A stretch of DNA of 64,000 nt from Chrysomallon squamiferum (lineage: Eukaryota; Animalia; Mollusca), in the NCBI GenBank assembly GCA_012295275.1, contig CM022679.1, positions 14,074,001 through 14,138,000 of the forward strand, read 5' to 3'. Positions within the stretch are counted from its first letter, which is position 1. Each line of letters opens with the position of its first letter. The notes under the pieces are model-generated. The model did not search any database. It had not been told where the DNA came from and was given only the letters and a program-made list of their open reading frames with translations. A program made the translations under genes and the position numbers. Positions 54,995 through 64,000 of the stretch are shown in pieces.

Positions 54995-57900
54995 AGAAAC
55001 ATCATTCATGCTTTGTTTATTTAAAAAAAAATCTTATTAAGTTCCATTTTAAAATACCATCCCCTACTACATGAATAAAATTTAAAGAGGGACGTTTTTA
55101 TAATCTCTTTCGCTTTTGCTTGCACACAGTAAATGAAAAGAAAGAGAAAGAGAGAAAGCGGGAGAGAGAGAGAGAATGAATGAATAGCCTCTTAAGTAAG
55201 CTGACATATAAAAAAGTGATCAATGTTCAGACAATGGAGTGATTCTGTTGGGAGGCTGACTGGTCGATGTTGTCCCATTTAGCACTGCTATTCTCACCAC
55301 ACAGCCACACTGGGATAGCTGCCTTGTTGACTAATTGATCGGCAAATGGAAGATTCTTAGCCAATTGGTTGGGAATAACGCGAGGCACACAGATACCAAG
55401 AGATATTATCACAGAGATAACTAATTCACTATTTCTGCAAGATAATACTTCTGAATACTGACTTGTATATGATTTATTGTTACGAAAGACTGATATTTTA
55501 AATAATGTAAACAGACGTGTTTCTCGTTTAAAAGAAATTGACTTTCATGATTATTATTATTAAGTGATCTCATCGATATGTTTAAAAGATAATTAAACTC
55601 TGTTTAAATAATGATAATAATAACTTTTATTTTTTATTTTTTATAAAGTATTAATTGTCCATAATAAATACATTTAGTTATTAACAATCTTCAAAAAAAC
55701 ATTTTAAATGGTTTGATTTAATAATCTACAATAATAATATAAAAAATCTAATTATTTAACCATTTTAATGATTAAATAATTGTAGATATTTAGTATTTTA
55801 CCTTTTAATTATAAAACTTGATATTTATTTAATTATTACTTTTTTGAAAGATCTGCTTGAATGGAAAATGAAAATATGTTAATAAAACAAGGCAAAAACC
55901 ATTAGTGATAATAATACAGCATTTATCATCATTGATCTGACTATTTTCATATTTTCTGTGTACCCATAATTTGTTGACAAAACTGAAATTATAACAGAAC
56001 TAAAAAAAAATGTTTTGCACACTAAACAAATCTTAAATGGAAGTGTTTGTGCCTTATCTGTGTGATATTTTGGTTTGTTTGTGTTCACATTAAGTGTTCA
56101 CATTAAGTGTTCAAAATCCACACTGAAGTTATTAAATTGAGCTACATTAACAGCCAGGTGGAGAGAGTTAATATGTCACGTTTTGTTGTGTTCCTCTTTA
56201 ATTTATTGTCAACCAGATCAAAAGGAAATCTGTTTGACGGAGGACGACTGATTTTGTTTCATCGCCTTCAAGGTTTGCTGCTCAAAGTTAGACCCATTGG
56301 CTGGACTGCTGAGAAACCATTCATCTTTCTCAGAGCAGCAACTGGAGCATAAGCCGTTTTAACAACCATTGGGAACATCTTTTTAATCCAGTGAATGCCC
56401 TTAATTGACCACAACAAGTGCTGTAACATAGTCAAGTAGATAAAGTGCCAAGGGTTGAATCACTATTGATATCACATAAATTGAAATAGTTGATTTTCTT
56501 TGACTTCATGCGATTCTTTGTAACAAAATTGATGTAAGGGTTTGGAATTTTAAGAGTTCATGTTGTTACTAGATCCTGTTGTTTTTTTTGTTGTTTTTTT
56601 CTTTGTCTTTTTGTTTATTTTTAAGTTTGAGGTTGTTAAATTTATGTTTGTTGATTAGCTGTATGCATACATCATTTACAGGCATTACTTTTGATACCAT
56701 TTATATGCAGAATTATTCAGTATATGGCCATATATTTATTTTATTTATTTTAAATTGTTTTTGTTTTGCAGCCAGGAAAGAATAATTATAATACTGAAAA
56801 AAGTTATTAATTTTTATTTTATTCTTTATAAGTAGTTAAATTTTATCAAAATGTGGCAGAAGTATTTATTATTTCTACTCATTTTCCTTCTATCTGTCTA
56901 TCTGTCTATCTATCTATCTATCTATCTATCTAAAACCACAGTTTTCGTTGAATAAAATTTATATTTTCTAAATTTTAATAAAAATCTACTACCAAAATTT
57001 TAAACATTGATTGTACACATTTTGTAAACAGATTCATATTTTTTAATATGAATTTTTGGCCTGATAAATTTGAAATTGTTTTCATTTGTTTATTTATATA
57101 TTTAATAGAAAAATAAAATGAAAATATCCCAAACATTCCCACCTACAAAAAAACAAAACAAAAATAAACAAAAAAAGAAACAAACAAACAAAACCATCTC
57201 CCAACAAATAATAACAACAACAAAAAACCCCATTAAATTAATTTGTAATGTAAATAGGAATTCTAAAACAGTAATTTATAAAAATTTTATTTGTTTCTTT
57301 TTGGATCTTTAAGTAATTAATATTATTATTTTTTTTTTTAAATAACATTTTAAAATATATTTTTTTTAAAACGTACATTCTTTACTATTATTTCTCCATT
57401 TGTAAGTACAGACTGTAATGAACTACTACTAATGTACATCTGTTTACAAGCCAGAGGTTGTGTAATGAATAATTTAGTGATAACTGGAAATAATCCATGA
57501 TCTGGCCAGAAATGTGGAGACAGATTTTATTTAATTAATTAACTCCTATATGAGTTAATAAATGGGATCTGCAGCGACAGTATATTTAATCAGTCGCAGA
57601 GAGAGGGCTAAACATTTCACAGGAACTGTTTTGTTACCCTCGACAAGTGTGACATCCATGTTAATCTGATTCTGCTTGTTTACAGGGTTAAGTGTGTGTC
57701 TCTCTGTGTGTGTGTGTGTGTGTGTCTCTTACCGGTTTAACTAAATCTAATGCAGCAGTTATGTCAATCAAGTTATCTTTCAATCAGACAGTAATGTATT
57801 CTGTTAACCAGTGACAGCCCTGTGTAGAAATAACGGTAACCCCAGGGTATGAACACACTGACTTATTCGGCTGAGTGATGATGCGTAGATTATTGCACAA

Positions 57901-60592
57901 ATAATAGGCTGTCAGCAGTAATTATTTCAGCCACTAGATCACAGTTTAAAAATAGATCTGAAAGGAGTGACAGTGTAACATTCTTTGTAGCATAAAGCTG
58001 ATAAAAGCTGAACTTGTTTTGGTATTTAGATACACACATATATACGTCTTAAAGTTTTAGCTGTATCAAGATGATCACTGCAGTGTGAAGTTTGAAGTAT
58101 TGTTATTGCTGTATGTAATATCTTTTTTAAAATTCTATTATCTGTAAGTACATAATGTAGAACAATAATTTTGAAGTTATCTTTAGTGGAAGTAAAAAAA
58201 AAAGCTTTTAAAAAAGAGTATTAGCTCATTTAACCTATATTAACTCATTTAAAATATTATTTACTGTCTGTAATGAACTGTTTTATCTTTTCTCTTTTCA
58301 TCAGATTGTTACAATTTTTATTTTACCCTTATGAAACCTCTGCTAAATAGTTTTAGAAAAGAAAAGAATAAAAGAATAATAATAAATAAAAAATAAATAA
58401 ATAAAGAAAATAAATACATAAAAACAAAACAAAACAAGTAGCTCTTACTGACAAATTTAAAAAACCCCAGAATAATGAAAATAATCAAACTGAAATTAAG
58501 TTGCTTTTTTGGGGGCTTAATTTATTTGAATCAATAACATTTAAAATAATAAAAACAAAACAAACAGCCCACCACCACACATTTTAGCAGTTTATAGAAT
58601 GTGGGTGTGAACCACTTGAAACTTGTAAACAACAGTCTATCAAAAAACATTAAATTCCAAGTTAATGAAGTAGCAATGTTTTTAAAATAATAACAGTATC
58701 GATATAAATAATAACAACAATATAATAAAAACTAAAACGAATGAATATTTAATATTCAGTAATTCAGTTAACATCAAATTTGTCCAAAAACTATTTTTCG
58801 TTTACCAGATGTTAATCATTTGAATTCAATTTCTGCTTGTTTCAAAAGTGAAATATTGTTTATAAATAAAATCATATTCAGTTGCCAGTGGGTTAAGAAG
58901 CTGAATCTGTCGCCATAAAGATGTTAACACATTACTGTGAAGCATCTTGTCGGAGGTGACTGTCAGAAGTCGTAGATGTTTACTTAACTAGACAGAGGAA
59001 TAACACGTGCCTGATCCACAACCAACAAAACTGAAACAACGTTGCCCTAGATAACATCGATGTAGCACCCAGCTGACTTACAAACCTCATTTTATAGTTA
59101 GGTTCTCTCTTAACAGTCTTAAAAGTTTCACTACACACATGATTGCCTGGCTGGCTGGCCAACTGGCAGGCTGCTGCTGGCGAATTGGGGTGATGGAATT
59201 TTAGGAATGATTTAGTAAGCTAACAGAAAGGAATTAACAAATCTTTATATGTGTATCTTAAATACAAACATAAATAGTCAGCAGTTTTATTTCTTTTTTG
59301 AAGTTTGTAGTTAAAAGTTTAGGATTTAATTTGAGGAAATTTGAAATGTTATTTTTTTCTGAATCATATATACATTTACTAGTTTAAAATTTATTTTTAT
59401 TATTTTTTATTAACGTGTCTTTTCTGTTGTCTTTGGAATTCTAATTTTAAAAGATTATTTAAAATAATAAAGTGAGAATAATTTAATAAATACTGCTATA
59501 ATAATTTTAAGAATGAATGGCTAAGCAGAGAATCAAATGGAAACATACAAAGCCATTGCCAGCACTGGGAAAAAAATAAAAATAAATAAAATCAGAATAA
59601 AACAAAAACGACCACCTCAGATAATAATAATAAAATAAATAAGAAATTTATCTTTTATCTTTTAAAAAAAGAAAGAAAGAAAAGTAAAAGTAAATGGAAT
59701 GAAATAAAAAGAAATTAAAAACATACAAAAAATTTAAATAAGATCGCACAAATAAATCATCTCCTTCAAATAAGAAATAATAAAAAATCCTAAATCTCTC
59801 AACCCTTTTCTTTTATCACAGGTTGCCAAGTTTAAGACACCTGTATGTATATATATAACAAAGACAGAAATGTTTTTTGTATTTTTAATTGTTAAACATT
59901 ACATTCTCTTCTTTTCTTTTCTTTTTTTTTTTTTTTTTCCTTCTCCTTCTTTCTCAAGACTTAATAATGCATGACACAACCAGTATTAACTTGTTTGTTT
60001 ACAGCCAGTGTAACAGACATAGAAAACAAACACTTCTGTACCAGCTAAACACAAAGCAGGAGGTCAGACAGGTTTAAGTTTAGGGTGCTGCAGTAACAAA
60101 TTAGCACAATGGTAGGTATCTGCCACCTCAACATAATTACATGCTGCATGTGTAATGTATAGGACATGTATATATAGATCTCTATTATGTGTGTGTATAA
60201 TCTGAAAGTTACAGTGTTGTTTTCAACTTTATGGGTGTACTGTGTACGAATACCCTAGAAAAACTGCTGGTAGTGTATAAAAATAGTTTGGGTGTTTGAA
60301 AGTGATATACACGTAAGGTTTTAGATAACTACAGGTTTGGTAACAAATGTTATTAAAAGCAAACTGAAATTTCAGATATTTTTTATTAATTTGAAGGCCA
60401 AAAAGAGAGAGAGAGAAAGAAAAATTACAAATATATTTATAAATTAAGTTTGATTTTGGTTTTTCTTCTTTTTTTCTTTTTCTTTACTGGTTTTTATTTT
60501 CTAAATAAAAATATAGTCTTTTATTAAGTTTTATCTTGCCTTGAGAATTTATATTTAAATTAAGAAAATTACAAAACATAATCCAAGTTTGA

Positions 60593-60635
<43 letters not shown>

Positions 60636-62645
60636 ACCAAACATTGTTGTGTTTGGAGCTGTTGTAACATATGCTGTGTATCATCACTTCTTTACTAAAA
60701 GGATATCTGCCTGAGGCTTCTTTTCTGCTGTCTAAAACATTTTCCATAGAAGAGTGGCTAAGAGTAATAAATTTACAGACAATGGTTTTGTCATATCACT
60801 TACTTAACAGTAATTAAATGAAAGTATTTTTTTCTTCTTCATTCTTTCAATTTTATTATTCTAGTCATATCTGACACAGACCACTTTGTGACAGAAAAAA
60901 GACATTTTTTATTTTCTCCCATTGTTGACATATTTGGTCAAAAGTCGGTGACAACTATGGCTAGCAATATGCCAAGACAGCATTAACTCGTGTCTTTATC
61001 AGTTGTGTAATTACAAGTCTCTTAAATGCAGAGAACTTGTTTTTATTAACATGACACGATGTGGGTTGTCTGCTCCTTCTCTTCTCTGCAGTAAAAGCAC
61101 TGTCGCAGAATATGCAAATAATTAATTATGAGTGGGGCGCATAATTACATCTATTTGACAGTGATCATTAAACGACAGCAGCTTGCCACTCACTGTCAGC
61201 TTGAGGTCGGTGGAATGAAGACACGTTCAGTCACAAATGGAAGAAAATCAATGCTACAGTATAATAATTTAGCTTAGTGTATCAAATATTGCACACGGTA
61301 TTTGTCTTGTAACAGCAAATCAATAATTGAAAGCAGTGGCTGGGCTGCCAATCTGTCCCTTGATATTTAAAATCGTTTTATTTCTGATGGTGCAATAATT
61401 ACTTTGATTTGCCGGAGAAAGCAAGTTTGCTTATGTTGAAAGTCATATTTAATTGAAAATGTAAATTTAAAAAATATACTGGTTCTGTTTGTGTTAAAAA
61501 TGTATTTTGAAAAATGTAACTAGGAAATGTCATTGGCTGACTGTAAAATTTCATTCATTTAACATCATGATAATTAAGATTAGTATAAAAAGAATTTAAG
61601 TTTCAGAAATGAAAGAAGGAAAAAAACCAAATTTAAAATGAAAAAGAAAAATGGAAGAATTAAATGTTTAATTAAACTGTATAGGAAAAAATATTGTAGG
61701 TCATTTATTCTGTGAATTCTGTTTTTCTCAACATTATTACAATAACAAGTTCTTTTATATAGTTTTACAGTATAATTTATAATTTACATGTTTTGTAATA
61801 AAATAAGGCAGATTTATCAAACATTTTGACTATTAAAAGTATCAGACCTAAATCACATGTTTCAAATTAATTGTTTTCTTCTTCTTTTTTTTTTACTTTA
61901 CTAAGAAGTAACTTTATTTATTACTGCTAGTTACAGTTTAGTTCCTGTAAGGTATTTTGTTGAAAATCATGTTTAAAAGATACTCATTTGTTTACAGATT
62001 AATGTTTAAACAAATAAAAGTAATTCATTTTACCATCACATCACTGTCAAAGACATAAGTTTACTATTCTAAGTCACTATAAACAATAATAAATTCAAAA
62101 TTTCTTATTGTTCTGTTGTAACTTCAAAAAGGGTTTCTGAATATAGTATTTTTTGTATGATGGATATTTACTATTCCTGAACAAATTTTAACTTCTTAGA
62201 CAAAATATCAGTTCCAAGTTGGAGTTAAAAACACAACATAAAATAAAATATATATTTAACCCTATGTAAAAAATACTTTGATGTTTCTTCATTTGTTATC
62301 AGAATATTCCTCAAATCCGACAGAGCAAAAATAACATGGGAAGGTCTTTTTATCATAAATGATATATTATTTTTCTCATAAAGATTGTAATGTTGTATCC
62401 TATTTTTTTTTTTACACAGATATATTTTATTTTCGTGGATCAGAAAGATTTACATATATATATATATATATATATTTTTTTGAGATCAGAAAGATGTAAT
62501 TTTATATTTTAAAGTTTAAAAAACAAAGAAAAAAGATGTAATTTATTCATCACAGTGATATATTTAGTTTCACTGTAGATGCACTACCTTGGCTGATCAT
62601 AAAGGAAGAGTGGTAATAAAAATGTGATGTGGTTTCATTTTTCAG

Positions 62646-62790
62646 GACAGCTGACTTCTTGGTGTGAGGAACTTGGCCGGTCACTGCTACTACGACACCA
62701 GAAAAACCGACCATCATCAGACCTATACAAGGGACCACCACCCGGAATGCACCCGCAGATGCAAAACAAGATGCAGCAGGTGCACCCTGG
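62646..62790 (+). CDS. ZMIZ1: Next coding exon (145 nt, phase 1 to phase 2) of the ZMIZ1-like gene
   Basis: Acceptor ggtttcattttttcag|GA, donor CCT GG|gtaagt. Joins the previous exon in frame (G+GA=Gly) and gives [49 protein letters not shown], matching the recalled human [33 protein letters not shown]. Confidence 0.95.
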
Positions 62791-64000
62791 GTAAGTAAAT
62801 TTTTAAATTATAAATAACAGGGTAGAAAGCTGTTTGGTCACATTTATAATTTCATACCTTTTCTTTTATTTAAAAAAAAAAAAAAAAAAAAAAAGTTTAT
62901 ATATTTGTTTCTATTATTTTTTAATATTTAAATATTTGTAGCACATTTTAAAACATTTTTATTTTCATGCTTATTTAGGTTACTTTCAAGTTGTGTTTTC
63001 TTATTGTTTTTAAAATATGTTATTTCATTGACTTTCACAACAAAGACCATTATACATAGTAGTTTTATTTCCTGTACGTAACCTTTGCACAAGTGAAAAT
63101 GAATAAATAAGTAAATGAAGAAAATAAAATAAGGAAAAAATATAATTTTAATATTGATAATGAAGATGTATGAAATTTAATAACTGATGTATTCGAATCT
63201 GATTTTTGACAGGGACGTATTAACCCCAGACTTTTACTTTGAAATTTCATAAATTTAATAAAACTCTGAAGTAAACAAAATGACATCCCTGTTTTAACCC
63301 ATCCTATATGTCTGTTTATCACTTATTACATCATGTGAGCAAAGGTTCTTTTTGAATGTGACATTCAGTAGTATTCCAATATTAAAAAAAAAAAAAATAA
63401 ATAAAAAATATAATATCCAAAAAAAAGAGAAAGAAAGAAAAAGAAATCATATAAATGAAACAACCAAAAAAAATCCCCACATACAGGTAATTCAAAAAAT
63501 GTATTAAACAATTTTTTTTTTTTTTTTTTTTTTTAAAATAATCCTTGATTAATATTATTTTGTAAATAATACATCATTTTGAATTATTTTCTTTACTTAT
63601 TTTTGCATTTTATTGTTTCTGGTAATTGGTGTATTAAATGTAGACTTGTTTAAACAGGCTTCTGATGTGTAAAATATCACCAGTGATTCTTGTATCTATG
63701 GAAACTAATTACCCAGTAGTTTTACAGCTCTCCAACTGCGCGTTGCCATCAATATCACTTGATATTGCAAAGACATTGCTAGATTTACATTTGCAGTTGA
63801 AGGGAGATAACTCCAGCTTACTGAAAAATCTGTTGTTGCACGTTCAAATGCAAATAGAATACAAATTCTCAGTATGTTTGACTTTCATGAACTAAACTTT
63901 TTGTTTTGAAATTGCCCCAAAAAGTGTACAAATGTACATAAAAATAAACGAATACAATGAAATGGGTTTTTTAGCAATTTAAGATGACGATAATGATGCA
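62791..64000 (+). other. 5' part of the following ZMIZ1-like intron
   Basis: Begins gtaagt. No downstream exon with the expected VPWQQ / SVVTTVWGV-like peptide before the window end. Confidence 0.8.
63692..63705. promoter_or_regulatory. RFX X-box consensus match GTATCTATGGAAAC
   Basis: Exact match to the X-box consensus RTHNYYWTRRNRAC, within a higher-complexity island 0.9 kb after the exon. Confidence 0.35.

Larger units (their letters stand above)
27984..62645 (+). other. GT-AG intron (34,662 nt, phase 1) of the ZMIZ1-like gene
   Basis: gtgagt...ttcag boundaries. The flanking exon peptides are contiguous in the homologous protein. Confidence 0.9.

Noticed and set aside
57876-57961. C/D-box snoRNA (GTGATGA...CTGA); similar pattern at 53019-53099
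   Set aside because: No terminal stem, no convincing C'/D' boxes and no recognisable rRNA-complementary guide.
41-63895. All ORF-track entries as standalone genes
   Set aside because: They are short and dominated by translations of poly-A/T, (TG)n, (TA)n, (CT)n or minisatellites, with no recognisable domains. 27813-28010 and 62550-62741 overlap the real exons in the wrong frame or strand.
63665-63895. 76 aa ORF or tttacag acceptor at ~63727 as the next ZMIZ exon
   Set aside because: The required phase-2 frame hits a TAG within ~18 codons, and the peptide has no ZMIZ similarity.

Overview
Very AT-rich, CpG-depleted, microsatellite-rich eukaryotic (metazoan, probably invertebrate/mollusc) genomic DNA. 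The whole window appears to lie inside one + strand gene, a ZMIZ1/tonalli-family (MIZ-type zinc finger) transcriptional co-activator. Only two coding exons are present, 27878-27983 ([35 protein letters not shown]) and 62646-62790 ([22 protein letters not shown]...), joined in frame across a 34.7 kb intron. Neither exon is translated in its correct frame in the ORF track, and all listed ORFs look spurious. The introns hold a CpG-island-like internal promoter with a candidate alternative first exon (~49.6-50.2 kb) that would give an isoform lacking the N-terminal domain. They also hold about 20 short, GC-richer, motif-dense islands (candidate enhancers), candidate recursive-splice sites, decayed tRNA-derived SINE fragments, a hAT-like MITE nested in a SINE, a ~240 bp local duplication with asymmetric CpG decay, and many mini/microsatellites. 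No prokaryotic system, CRISPR array or intact RNA gene was seen. All family assignments are from memory, not database searches.
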